This document shows, one piece after another, positions 9,286-18,786 of a DNA stretch of 64,000 nucleotides; the stretch's first letter is position 1, and each line of letters begins with the position of its first letter. The translations under genes were made by a program, and so were the position numbers. The notes under the pieces are model-generated. The model saw only the letters and a program-made list of their open reading frames with translations. It did not search any database and was not told where the DNA came from. Source of the stretch: Euryarchaeota archaeon SCGC AAA252-I15 (GTDB lineage Archaea; Altiarchaeota; Altiarchaeia; IMC4; SCGC-AAA252-I15); the NCBI GenBank assembly GCA_000402775.1, contig AQSC01000061.1, positions 6,496 to 70,495 on the forward strand. The letters are read 5' to 3'.

Positions 9286-11308
9286 GAAAGTAAGCGATGA
9301 TTTGAGGGAAGAGTGGAGTTCCATCATGAGCAATGAGGGGGAGAGGAAGAAAAACTTGAGTGAAATACAAAAGATGATAGACTCAGGCTCATCCCGGAAA
9401 AAAAGTGCAAGACTTCTTTTACGGCTTATCGCATACAGCCACGAGATTTCTGTTTCCGATGCATCGAGAATTTTAGGTATGGACAAAAAAATCATTTTAA
9501 CTTGGTCTTTGTTGTTGAAAAAAAAGGGTTTCATTCAAATCTCAGGATTAAAAACAAATAACCCTGTGTTAAAGGCTGAGAGAAAGCTTTTAGAAAAAAT
9601 AAAGCCCCCCAAGGAAAAAGAGGTGGGAGAGAAAAAACCGGTTGAGAGAAAAGATGATCAAGAAGTCAAGGAGAAAACTGAAGAATTAAAGAATAAGCAA
9701 AAAGAGCTTGAGCAAGAGCGGGGAAAAAGAGCTGAACTCGAAGAACAACTTAAAAACATTGAAAAACAACTTTCTGAAGACAATAAAGACAATGACCGGC
9801 TTGAAGAGCTTCGGAATCAATTGATGAAGGAGCGTGAAGAGCGGATTAGAATAGAGGAGCGTTTAAAAAAGGAGGAGGAGGTAATATCTCAAAAGGAGGC
9901 GGAACTTAAAAAACGTGATGCAAGCTTACAGGAGAAAGACTTCGAAATCCGAAAGCGCCTTGAAAAAATAGAGGAGGAGGAGGAGGAGCTAGAGATTTTA
10001 TTCGGTGAAGAAAAAGATTTTGATAAAAAAAGAAGTAGATTAAAAAAGGAATTGAAAAAGATATCTGAAACAGAAAAAAACGTGGATAAAAAAGAGAAGG
10101 AGATAAGCGACCTTGAAGCTGAAATCTCCGAGAAAGGAAAGAAGCTTGAGAGGCTCGAACTCTCGATAAAAAGTCGGGAGGAAGGAGTAGAGAAAAAAGA
10201 GCATGAAGTCATTGAGAGGGAGGGGGATTTAGAGGGTCTTGAAGAAGAAGTATCCAAGAAACAAAATGAGTTAGTAGAGCATGAGAAGGAGTTGGAGAAG
10301 AAGGCTAAGATCTTAAGGAGGATAAAGCAGAAACTCACCCAGGAAAGAGCGGAGATAGAGGAGAAGGCGGAAGAACTTAAGAAGGCTGTGGAAGTCGTGA
10401 TGGAGGAGGGAGAGAAGTTAGAAAAACGGATCAGCGATGAGAGCAGTACCCTTCGTGAGAGGCAGAAAAAGCTTCAAATAATATTTGAGAATGAATACTC
10501 AAAACTCTCTGGCGAGGAGGAGGGTGAGCTCGAAAGTTTTGATGATGAAGTCAGTCCACCTCCACCACCTGATATTCCACCTGAAAACTCCCCCCCTTCC
10601 GGTCCGCCCGACAATGAGGGTGAAGGCGAGGAGACACAAGGAGTGGAAGGCGAAGAGATAGTGGGGGAGAAGGAGTTTGAGGAAGCTATCGAACAATCCG
10701 AAGAGAAACAGGTTGATGAGGCCTCTGAGGTTGACGTGGAAGAACCAGTGGAAAGTAAGCCACCAATACCGGTTGAAGAAGAGTTGGTAAAAACAGAGGC
10801 CGGGCAAACTCCACAAGAAACCGCCACCGTTAATATTACTTCCACGCCGGCCGAGCCAGCAAGCCCCCCAGAACCCCCTAAACCTGAAGCTCCTACTAAA
10901 GAGATACCTTCACCCGAAACCCCAAGTGTTGAACCAGATGAAAGAAGGGTTGCGGAGCTTAAGAAAAAGGAGGCTCTTGAATTCATGGATGAGAAGGTGG
11001 AGGATACTCCGGCTAAAGAACCAGATAATCCCACCCCGAAAAAGTTGTTGGAAGACCTTAAGGAAAGAGGTCCGATAAGAGTTAGCGATTACATTAGGGA
11101 GAACAACCTCGAAAAAGCGGTAGTTGACGGTTGGATTAAGGATTTGAAAGGGAAAGGCGTAATTGAACTTCAGAAACACATTATCGGTGGATTAGAGATT
11201 AAACTCACAGCTCAACCTAAACAGAAAAAAACTGAGAAGGCTGAGAGTGAGGAGATCAAGCAGATTAGGGATGAGCTTCGGCGCTTAAGAGATGAGTCTA
11301 AGGAATAA
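9278..11308 (+). CDS. Large coiled-coil protein (676 aa) with a wH-like N-terminus, a K/E-rich coiled coil, an acidic proline-rich linker and a C-terminal wH-like domain
   Basis: Long heptad-like KE-rich stretch (EELKNKQKELEQERGKRAELEEQLKNIEKQL...). Linker PPPPDIPPENSPPSGPPDNEGEGEE...PASPPEPPKPEAPTKEIPSPETPSVEP. C-terminal GPIRVSDYIRENNLEKAVVDGWIKDLKGKGVIEL. Confidence 0.5.
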   Translation: MSKKVSDDLREEWSSIMSNEGERKKNLSEIQKMIDSGSSRKKSARLLLRLIAYSHEISVSDASRILGMDKKIILTWSLLLKKKGFIQISGLKTNNPVLKAERKLLEKIKPPKEKEVGEKKPVERKDDQEVKEKTEELKNKQKELEQERGKRAELEEQLKNIEKQLSEDNKDNDRLEELRNQLMKEREERIRIEERLKKEEEVISQKEAELKKRDASLQEKDFEIRKRLEKIEEEEEELEILFGEEKDFDKKRSRLKKELKKISETEKNVDKKEKEISDLEAEISEKGKKLERLELSIKSREEGVEKKEHEVIEREGDLEGLEEEVSKKQNELVEHEKELEKKAKILRRIKQKLTQERAEIEEKAEELKKAVEVVMEEGEKLEKRISDESSTLRERQKKLQIIFENEYSKLSGEEEGELESFDDEVSPPPPPDIPPENSPPSGPPDNEGEGEETQGVEGEEIVGEKEFEEAIEQSEEKQVDEASEVDVEEPVESKPPIPVEEELVKTEAGQTPQETATVNITSTPAEPASPPEPPKPEAPTKEIPSPETPSVEPDERRVAELKKKEALEFMDEKVEDTPAKEPDNPTPKKLLEDLKERGPIRVSDYIRENNLEKAVVDGWIKDLKGKGVIELQKHIIGGLEIKLTAQPKQKKTEKAESEEIKQIRDELRRLRDESKE

Positions 11309-12621
11309 TGGACAGACCTCGTGAGGTTTTGATTTTAAAATCTGGAAGGTGCAGTTGGGGAAAGTGTATTTTCTGTGGATACGGTAGTATTTTCGGGGAT
11401 ATTGTGTGTGTTGAATCCTTGAACGTCAAGTTTGATGAGTTCTTCAAAAAGATTAAACCGGGCGTGAAAGAGGTTTGTGTTTATGGGAGTGGGAGTTTCT
11501 TTGACGAAGAGCAGGTTCCAAATGATTCTAGGGGACACTTCATCAGCCTTTGCAAGAAAAAGGGTATTGAAAAGATTACCGTTGAATCAAGACCTGAATT
11601 TTTAAGTGGAAAGTTATTGTCTGAGTTTAAGGGTTTTGACTATACAATATCCATCGGGCTTGAGGTGGCAGACGACAAAATACTTCGAAAGCTGAATAAG
11701 GGATTCAAGCTGAAAGACTTTGAAGAAGGTGCGAAGAAGATACACAATGCAGGCGGGAAAGTAAGAGCGTATCTTCCCGTCAATCCGCCGTTTGTAGGTG
11801 ACGTGGAAAAATCAATTGACAAGTCCGTGAAATACGCCTTAAAGCATGCGGATTCTGTGGTTTTGATAAACACACTCCCACATGCTAATGCACCCTTGTT
11901 CGACTTTTGGGTTCGGGGGGAATGGAACTTTCTGAGTAAAGAGGATTTCGCGAAAGTAACTTTGAAGTGGGCGGACCACCCGAAAATCGATCTTGATTTC
12001 GAGACCTTCCGTTTCACACCCAAGTTTCCGAAAAGACTTAGGAAAAAACTCGCCGGAGTCGGGGAGGAATACCTCACTCACCCATACTTTGAGGTTTGGC
12101 AGGACTGGCTTTGCAGGTGGTATAAACCCCCGGAAAAACGAAGAACCATTTTGTTTCTGTCGTGCGCGTTCAAAAAACCCTACAGCGAGTCAGAAACCCA
12201 CAAAAAAATAATCGAGGTCCTCAATGAAAGCGGGAAAAGAGGTAGTATACACGAAGTAATGCTGTCTAATGCCGGAGTAATCCCCAGAGAATTTGAAGAC
12301 CACTACCCATTCAACGACTATGACTGGAGTGAAAAAAACGAGACTCCAGAAATACGGCTCAGATACGTTGAAGTTACGGGAAAACGAATAGGAGAGTATT
12401 TAAGCGCGCACAAAACATGTTATGACAAGTTTTTATGCTACCTGAAACCCGACTCAGACTCATACAAAGCGCTTGAAATGGCAGTTAGTGAGGTTGACGG
12501 GTCAATAAAGAATTTGTTGACCGGTGAAACCTATATGAAAGTTAGGGGTGGAAGCAAACCGTTAACACAGAATGAATCTTTAAAAGACTTGGAAAAAGGA
12601 TTAGAAAATGAAGTGCGCTAA
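11308..12621 (+). CDS. Radical-SAM-like protein (Cx4Cx2C variant) with a C-terminal domain of unknown function
   Basis: N-terminal SGRCSWGKCIFCGYGS cysteine triad at the start of a TIM-barrel-sized region. The C-terminal ~200 aa contains ILFLSCAFKKPYSESE. 437 aa. Confidence 0.45.
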   Translation: MDRPREVLILKSGRCSWGKCIFCGYGSIFGDIVCVESLNVKFDEFFKKIKPGVKEVCVYGSGSFFDEEQVPNDSRGHFISLCKKKGIEKITVESRPEFLSGKLLSEFKGFDYTISIGLEVADDKILRKLNKGFKLKDFEEGAKKIHNAGGKVRAYLPVNPPFVGDVEKSIDKSVKYALKHADSVVLINTLPHANAPLFDFWVRGEWNFLSKEDFAKVTLKWADHPKIDLDFETFRFTPKFPKRLRKKLAGVGEEYLTHPYFEVWQDWLCRWYKPPEKRRTILFLSCAFKKPYSESETHKKIIEVLNESGKRGSIHEVMLSNAGVIPREFEDHYPFNDYDWSEKNETPEIRLRYVEVTGKRIGEYLSAHKTCYDKFLCYLKPDSDSYKALEMAVSEVDGSIKNLLTGETYMKVRGGSKPLTQNESLKDLEKGLENEVR

Positions 12622-13045
12622 ATTCCATTTAATCGGGGAAGACTCAGACTGGTATAAAATCCGAGTTCAAAAAGAAATTGAAGCCCACGGACTTGCAGGA
12701 AACGTCCTCGATTCAGGAGAAGGAAAACTAGTAATCGTAGTGGAAGGCGAGGAAGCAAAGATAAACTCCATGTACAACACGCTCAAGGAGGCAAGCCCAT
12801 CCAACGTCGTCTTCAGTTTGGTGGAGTACGGGAGAATCAAAAAAGAGAAGACGAGGGAAGAGGAGAAATGGGATGAAGTAACCGAACTTTTAAGAGAGAT
12901 TGAAAAGACTATGAGGCGTGTAAACAACAAGCTTGATGGACTGCAAGGAGTAGTTGTAAACTCAGATGAGCAAATGGAAGATGAACCAATTGTAAGCGAG
13001 GGGGAAGAGGAGGCTGAAAACGCCTTCGCCTTCATGTTCGGTTGA
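12608..13045 (+). CDS. Hypothetical acidic protein (145 aa)
   Basis: ORF with an acidic C-terminus (EDEPIVSEGEEEAENAFAFMFG). Overlaps the upstream stop. No motif recognised. Confidence 0.35.
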   Translation: MKCAKFHLIGEDSDWYKIRVQKEIEAHGLAGNVLDSGEGKLVIVVEGEEAKINSMYNTLKEASPSNVVFSLVEYGRIKKEKTREEEKWDEVTELLREIEKTMRRVNNKLDGLQGVVVNSDEQMEDEPIVSEGEEEAENAFAFMFG

Positions 13046-13046
13046 A

Positions 13047-13406
13047 ATGGTAAAGCTTGAAGTAGATCTTAGAAGAAAAGACTCTGAAAAGTTCATCGAA
13101 ATTTGCGGGGAAGCGAAAATCAAGCCCGATGACCTGCTTCACACTTTTATCAGTGCGGTTGTGGAATACTATTCGGAAACACCCCAGCTTTTACGTGAGT
13201 TTTCTGGCGAAAAATTTTTTCCCGCGCCGATAATGGAAACTGTTTACCGGTTTAATGAGAAAACCGGGAAGATTGAGAGGCTTGGGTTGACTGGGAAGGG
13301 AAAGCTTCTGAAACTTGAGGAGGCGACACCCAAAACCATTAAATCTGAGGTGGAATCCATGCAGGATTCTTTAAGGCATTACTTCAAATATTTAGAGGAA
13401 CAGTAA
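13047..13406 (+). CDS. Hypothetical protein (119 aa)
   Basis: ORF immediately following the previous one. No recognisable motif. Confidence 0.35.
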   Translation: MVKLEVDLRRKDSEKFIEICGEAKIKPDDLLHTFISAVVEYYSETPQLLREFSGEKFFPAPIMETVYRFNEKTGKIERLGLTGKGKLLKLEEATPKTIKSEVESMQDSLRHYFKYLEEQ

Positions 13407-13412
13407 GATAGC

Positions 13413-14129
13413 ATGAAAGTTATTCCAGCAGTAGACATTTTAGGGGGTGAATGCGTGCAGCTTGTGGGAGGAGACCCTAAAACGAAAAAATCCTATGGAG
13501 ACCCCATTGAGGTGGGATTGGGGTGGATTGAGAAAGGAGCGAGGATACTGCATATAGTTGACCTTGATGCGGCATTGGATATCGGAGAAAACCACAATAC
13601 AATAAAAGTTTTCCGGAGTAAGACGAGCGCGCCGATGTTTGTTGGAGGGGGGATCAGAGACAAAAACAGGGTGGATGAGCTCGTGCACTTAAGTGTTGAC
13701 AAGATAATTTTAGGTACCAACGCCATAGAAGACATTGGAAAAGACTTCGAGTTTTTAAAATTGGTTTGTGATTGGTACGGAAAAGAAAAATTCATAATCT
13801 CTGTAGACTCGAAAGACGGATACGTTGTTACTAAAGGCTGGCAGGAAAAGACTAAGATTAAGACTGGGGATGCCATAAGAGAGCTTGAACCATATTGTTG
13901 GGGTTTTTTATACACTGATGTTGATGTGGAAGGTCAGATGAAGGGGTCTCGAATTGAGAGAATACGAGAGGTTCTAGACGCGTCATCGCTTCCGGTGATA
14001 GCTTCAGGCGGGATTAAGAGCCAAAAAGAGATTGACGCTTTAAAGGCTGAGGGTGCTTGGGGTGTTATTGTAGGTAAGGCCTTGTATGAAGGGAAGATTC
14101 CTATAGAAGTTTTGGGTGAATACAGGTAA
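13413..14129 (+). CDS. hisA: HisA/HisF-family (beta/alpha)8 barrel, ProFAR-isomerase-like
   Basis: MKVIPAVDILGGECVQLVGGD matches the HisA N-terminal signature (IPAIDL.dG.cVrL.qGd). C-terminal phosphate-binding GG..G.....GA...VIVGKAL. Confidence 0.55.
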   Translation: MKVIPAVDILGGECVQLVGGDPKTKKSYGDPIEVGLGWIEKGARILHIVDLDAALDIGENHNTIKVFRSKTSAPMFVGGGIRDKNRVDELVHLSVDKIILGTNAIEDIGKDFEFLKLVCDWYGKEKFIISVDSKDGYVVTKGWQEKTKIKTGDAIRELEPYCWGFLYTDVDVEGQMKGSRIERIREVLDASSLPVIASGGIKSQKEIDALKAEGAWGVIVGKALYEGKIPIEVLGEYR

Positions 14130-14138
14130 AACAAAAAG

Positions 14139-14882
14139 ATGTTTGTTGACTCCCATTGTCATTTAACTTTTACTCAATTCGATGAGGATCGGGGGGAAGT
14201 AATTGAGCGTGCGGTCAAATCGGATGTTTTGATTGTGAATTCTATCGTAAGTCCCTTGGAAGTGGATGATGGATTAAAATTTTTGAGGGATTTTGATAAC
14301 GTTTATTCAACTCTGGGTTTAAGTGCCTCCTGCTTAGATGATGGTGAGGTTGAGGAGACCATCAATCTTATAAGGCAAATGCGTGAAGAAATCGTTGGTT
14401 TGGGCGAGGTTGGGTTAGATTACTATTGGGTTAAAGGTGAGGGAGAGCGAGCGGTATTGAAAGAAAATTTTGGAAAATTTATCGAACTGTCGAAAGAAGT
14501 AGACCTTCCATTGGTAGTGCATTCCAGAGATGCGGAAGCCGACTGCATAAAAATGCTCGAAAAACATGACAAGCCCGCATTAATGCATTGTTTCTCGGGA
14601 AGGCTTGAGCAAGCTTTGAATGCTATTGAATTAGGGTGTCTGATTTCAATACCAACGAATGTGGTGTATGTTAAGAAAAGGCAGGAATTGGCAGGCGAGA
14701 TTCCAGTTGAATCACTGGTTCTTGAGACTGATGCACCATACCTGTCCCCAACCCCAAAGACGAGGAACGAGCCCATAAACGTTGTCAAGGCTGCCCAGAA
14801 AATTGCCGAGATAAAGGGGATTTCAGTCGAGGAAGTTGAAGATTCCACTACAGAGAATGCGAAAAAGTTTTTCAGGATTTAA
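14139..14882 (+). CDS. tatD: TatD-family metal-dependent hydrolase/DNase
   Basis: MFVDSHCHL N-terminal HxH motif. GEVGLDYYW and VVHSRDA motifs characteristic of TatD. 247 aa. Confidence 0.8.
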   Translation: MFVDSHCHLTFTQFDEDRGEVIERAVKSDVLIVNSIVSPLEVDDGLKFLRDFDNVYSTLGLSASCLDDGEVEETINLIRQMREEIVGLGEVGLDYYWVKGEGERAVLKENFGKFIELSKEVDLPLVVHSRDAEADCIKMLEKHDKPALMHCFSGRLEQALNAIELGCLISIPTNVVYVKKRQELAGEIPVESLVLETDAPYLSPTPKTRNEPINVVKAAQKIAEIKGISVEEVEDSTTENAKKFFRI

Positions 14883-14924
14883 GCTTGCTTTTATTTCAAC
14901 GCCTCCAATAAGAATAACCTTAAA

Positions 14925-15941
14925 ATGGAAAACAATAAACCCTCAACGTATGCGAAAGCCGGAGTTGACATAAGACGCGAAGAGCTTGCAATAAAAGGCA
15001 TTAGCGGTTGGTTGGAGAAGACTTTCAAGTTTCGGGAAGGGAAAATTGGCGCAGTAATGAAGGGGATTGGAGGCTACGCAAACCTAGTTGATCTAGGCGA
15101 ATACGCGCTTGCAATGACGACGGACGGAGTTGGGAGTAAAGTACTGGTTGCTCAGGAATTGGATAAATACGATACAGTTGGTATAGACTGTATCGCCATG
15201 AACGTTAATGACCTGATTTGCGTTGGTGCCGAACCGATCGCTCTCGTAGACTACCTTGCAGTGGAAAGTGTTAATGAAAAGATTACTAGTGAGATTTCGA
15301 TAGGACTGTATGAAGGCGCCCGGCAGGCTGAAATAACAATTGTTGGGGGGGAGACTGCGACACTGCCTGACGTGATCCGGGGTGTAGACAAGAAGGGATT
15401 TGATCTGGCCGGAACCGCGGTCGGAGTAGTGAAAAAGGATAAGATAATCACCGGGGGAGACATTATTGTGGGAGACAAGGTTGTTGGAATTCGAAGTAAC
15501 GGCATACACTCAAACGGGCTTACATTAGCTAGAAAAGTCCTTCCGAAAAACATGTGGAGCCAGCTTTTAAAGCCAACCAGGATTTATGTCAGAGAGGTTT
15601 TAAGCATTATAGACGAGTTCCCAGTTCACGGGCTAGCGCACATTACGGGAAGCGCATATCTTAAGCTTCGAAGGATTACGGAACTCGGATTCATACTCGA
15701 TAACCTGCCTGAACCAGGCATGATATTCAAGAAGATACAGGAGTTGGCAAACATAACAGACGAGGAGATGTACAAGACTTTCAACATGGGCATAGGATTT
15801 TGCGTTATCACAGACGAGGAAAGCGCGAAATCGATAGTCGAGAAATACAAAAGCGAATACAAGCTGGAAATAATCGGCACAGTAGTCGAAGAACCTGAAG
15901 TAACCATAAAAAGAGGAGACCTTGAATTTAAGTTGAAGTAA
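14925..15941 (+). CDS. purM: Phosphoribosylformylglycinamidine cyclo-ligase (AIR synthetase)
   Basis: YAKAGVDIRREELAIKGI..., the DGVGSK...DCIAMNVNDL motifs, and PurM N- and C-domain organisation. 338 aa. Confidence 0.8.
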   Translation: MENNKPSTYAKAGVDIRREELAIKGISGWLEKTFKFREGKIGAVMKGIGGYANLVDLGEYALAMTTDGVGSKVLVAQELDKYDTVGIDCIAMNVNDLICVGAEPIALVDYLAVESVNEKITSEISIGLYEGARQAEITIVGGETATLPDVIRGVDKKGFDLAGTAVGVVKKDKIITGGDIIVGDKVVGIRSNGIHSNGLTLARKVLPKNMWSQLLKPTRIYVREVLSIIDEFPVHGLAHITGSAYLKLRRITELGFILDNLPEPGMIFKKIQELANITDEEMYKTFNMGIGFCVITDEESAKSIVEKYKSEYKLEIIGTVVEEPEVTIKRGDLEFKLK

Positions 15942-15970
15942 ACCGAAATATTAGACTAGGTGAGATAAAC

Positions 15971-16885
15971 ATGCCTTTAACTGAAGTCGAAAAAATATGG
16001 ATGAACGGTAAGCTCATAGACTGGGCTGATGCTAAAGTTCACGTGCTCACTCACGCCTTACATTATGGTAGCGGAGTCTTTGAGGGATTACGCTGCTATA
16101 ATGCGAAGAAGGGTCCTGCAGTATTCAGGCTAGTCGACCATATGGAAAGGTTTTTAGATTCCGCGAAAATTTATTTCATGGACTTACCTTACACTATTGA
16201 ACAATTGTGTGAGGGGGCCCGGGAGGTCGTTAGAGTCAACAAGCTTAAGGAGTGCTACATCCGCCCCATCGCATTTAGGGGTTACGGGGAGATGGGTTTG
16301 AATCCGTTAAACGCTGTCATAGACGTTGCGATTGCAGCCTGGCCTTGGGGTACTTACTTGGGTGAGGAAGGGTTGGAGACGGGAATCAGGGTTAAGATTT
16401 CCAGCTACGAAAGAATCAATGCAAACGTGATGCCGCCCGCAGCCAAGGCGACCGGACAATACATAAACTCCATACTTGCGAAAATAGAATCCTTAAAGGC
16501 GGGATACGATGAAGCGTTAATGCTCGACAACCGGGGCATGGTCAGTGAAGGACCTGGAGAAAATATTTTTATGGTTAAAGAAGGATTCCTCTACACGCCA
16601 CCCGAACACGCAAGCATACTTCCGGGAATAACCCGGGACAGCATCATACATCTCGCGGGAGACTTAAACATCCCCGCCTGCATAACCGACATAGACCGAG
16701 GCATGCTCTTAACAGCGGACGAGCTGTTTTTCACCGGCACGGCCGCGGAAGTCACACCCATCCGGGAAGTCGACGGAATAGGAATAGGAAAGCCAGGACC
16801 AATCACGAAAAAACTCCAGAAAAAGTTCTTTGAAGCCGCAAAAGGAAAAGACAAGAAACACGAAGACTGGATAGACTACGTTTGA
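15971..16885 (+). CDS. ilvE: Branched-chain-amino-acid aminotransferase (fold-type IV PLP enzyme)
   Basis: GSGVFEGLRCY, a lysine-containing core, the ...EVTPIREVDG... C-terminal motif and a ~300-aa length all fit IlvE. Confidence 0.8.
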   Translation: MPLTEVEKIWMNGKLIDWADAKVHVLTHALHYGSGVFEGLRCYNAKKGPAVFRLVDHMERFLDSAKIYFMDLPYTIEQLCEGAREVVRVNKLKECYIRPIAFRGYGEMGLNPLNAVIDVAIAAWPWGTYLGEEGLETGIRVKISSYERINANVMPPAAKATGQYINSILAKIESLKAGYDEALMLDNRGMVSEGPGENIFMVKEGFLYTPPEHASILPGITRDSIIHLAGDLNIPACITDIDRGMLLTADELFFTGTAAEVTPIREVDGIGIGKPGPITKKLQKKFFEAAKGKDKKHEDWIDYV

Positions 16886-16961
16886 AGTATAATACCACCA
16901 AAAAGAACAAAAAAGTGAGATAATTAGTGTTATCTGTAATTCCCGAGGGCGCAAAAGAAAA

Positions 16962-17717
16962 TTAACCCCATTTTTTACTATCCTTCAATCTTGTTGTTTC
17001 TTCGTCTTTTTCCGGTTTCCGGAAAACATAGAGGTGTTCGTGCATGATTAGTAGGAAGTTTGATTCTTGGGATTTTTTTTTCCAGAAGCCGGTGGCTTTG
17101 CAGTTCCATTGTTGTTTGATTATGTCTTCTTTGAGTATGAATCCTGCTTTTAGGAAGGCTTGTAGGATTCTAGCTGAAATGGGGACATAGTGTTTATGTC
17201 TCCGGGTGTCGCCGATTAGTATTCCACAATATTTTCCTGATTTTAGGACTCGAATGCTTTCCTGAGCCACGATTTTCATTTCTTCTGCGAATTCGTTTAA
17301 GTCGTGGACTGAGGATAAATCGCCTTTAACTTGTTCTTGTGTGTAAGGGATGATATTCAAATAAGGAGGGTGTGTTGCTATCAAGTCTATTGATTCGTCT
17401 GATATTTTATCGAGATTCCGAGCGTTGCCAACATATGTTTTTTGCCCTGTTTCAGGGAAGTTTTCGTCTATCGAATCAAACCTTAATCGGTCTCGCGTTA
17501 TCATTATTGCATCTGAATTGATATCTACTCCAATCCCGTTTCTTCCTAACAGCTTACATTCGATTAGTGTCGTTCCTCCGCCGACCATCTGATCTAGAAC
17601 CGTATCGCCTTCCGTAGAATAACGTAGAATAAGGTTTCTTGGTATCTCGGGGGCCCAGTTCCCCCTATAATCTCCTCTATGGGTGGCCCAATCCCCTCTT
17701 TTCGGGAAAGACCACAC
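16962..17717 (-). CDS. N6-adenine/N4-cytosine DNA methyltransferase (PF01555-like). Motif I precedes motif IV, so it is a gamma-type order
   Basis: Motif I is VLDQMVGGGTTLIEC (FxGxG). Motif IV is SIDLIATHPPYLN ((D/N/S/H)PPY). C-terminal HEHLYVFRKP is a typical ending for this family. 251 aa. Confidence 0.65.
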   Translation of the reverse strand: MWSFPKRGDWATHRGDYRGNWAPEIPRNLILRYSTEGDTVLDQMVGGGTTLIECKLLGRNGIGVDINSDAIMITRDRLRFDSIDENFPETGQKTYVGNARNLDKISDESIDLIATHPPYLNIIPYTQEQVKGDLSSVHDLNEFAEEMKIVAQESIRVLKSGKYCGILIGDTRRHKHYVPISARILQAFLKAGFILKEDIIKQQWNCKATGFWKKKSQESNFLLIMHEHLYVFRKPEKDEETTRLKDSKKWG

Positions 17718-17776
17718 TGTTGAACACTCTAGTTCGAAATCCTTTTATTTTTGATCTCCTAATCAGAGTTCATATT

Positions 17777-18553
17777 ATGGATTTACACTTGTTCAACGAA
17801 TCTATTTTTAGGCGTTATAAAAGCAATTCCCAAAGGATTAGAAGATTATCAGAGGATTGGTTTGAAGAACAGATGTATTGTCCAGCATGTAAGTGCGATA
17901 ATCTGGAATCCTTTCAGAATAACACACCTGTCGCTGATTTTTACTGCCCAAAGTGCATGAGCCAATTCCAGCTGAAGAGTCAGTCAAATCCTTTTGGAAA
18001 TCGAATTCTTGATGGAGCATATTCAAAAATGATAGAATCTATTCATAAAGGAGATCAACCCCACTTCTTCCTTTTGCACTATACACTCAATGATTGGTCT
18101 GTCTTGAATTTAGAAGTAATACCTAACTACTTTTTTTCAGAATCAATAATCGAGAAGCGTAAACCCTTAGCCCCAACAGCTAGACGGGCCGGTTGGGTAG
18201 GCTGTAACCTTCTCTTATCTAGGATTCCAGAAGACGGGAGGATTCAGACAATAACTGATTCAATAATCCATGAATCCAAAGAGGTGAGAACCAATTGGCT
18301 GAAAGTCTCATTTCTCAAGAATCAGAAATCCCCGAGTAGAGGCTGGATTACTGATATTATGTGGTGCATCAAAGACCTTGATAAAAAAGAATTCACTCTG
18401 GATGAAATTTACTCCTATAAGAACCATTTAGCCAAACTACATCCATTGAACAAGAATATTAAGCCGAAAATCAGACAGCAACTACAATTCTTGAGAGACA
18501 AAAAATACCTCAAATTCCTAGGAAGTGGGGAATACCAGCTAAAAAAAAGATAA
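17777..18553 (+). CDS. Putative restriction endonuclease, DpnI-like (methyl-directed Type IIM): N-terminal PD-(D/E)xK-type domain with a Cys4 element plus a C-terminal winged helix
   Basis: The likely true start is ATG at 17777 (MDLHLFNES...); the track ORF begins at 17639 and overlaps the divergent methyltransferase. Motifs: YKSNSQ, CPACKCDN...PVADFYCPKC, RKPLAPTARRAGWVGCN, C-terminal IRQQLQFLRDKKYL. The arrangement matches what I recall of R.DpnI, but this needs a database or HHpred check. Confidence 0.5.
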   Translation: MDLHLFNESIFRRYKSNSQRIRRLSEDWFEEQMYCPACKCDNLESFQNNTPVADFYCPKCMSQFQLKSQSNPFGNRILDGAYSKMIESIHKGDQPHFFLLHYTLNDWSVLNLEVIPNYFFSESIIEKRKPLAPTARRAGWVGCNLLLSRIPEDGRIQTITDSIIHESKEVRTNWLKVSFLKNQKSPSRGWITDIMWCIKDLDKKEFTLDEIYSYKNHLAKLHPLNKNIKPKIRQQLQFLRDKKYLKFLGSGEYQLKKR

Positions 18554-18585
18554 TAGCTTTTAAATTTAGAATCGATCTGGATCAC

Positions 18586-18786
18586 ATGAAAAGATTTCTT
18601 ATTATTGGCGATAGAGGAAAATATGGTTGGATGATAGATTTTGTAGTCCTGTGGATAGGTCAAGCAAAAAATGAGAAACACGCCTTATACCAGTTTAAAA
18701 AAATCATAAGTAGAGAACCGCATGATGTCTATAAGATAATTGAGATATGCAACGAAACTGAATTTCTATCATATAGCGGTTTCTAG
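18586..18786 (+). CDS. Hypothetical small protein (66 aa) between the nuclease and the Dam-like gene
   Basis: ORF only. It overlaps the 3' end of the convergent Dam-like gene by 18 nt. No motif. Confidence 0.25.
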   Translation: MKRFLIIGDRGKYGWMIDFVVLWIGQAKNEKHALYQFKKIISREPHDVYKIIEICNETEFLSYSGF

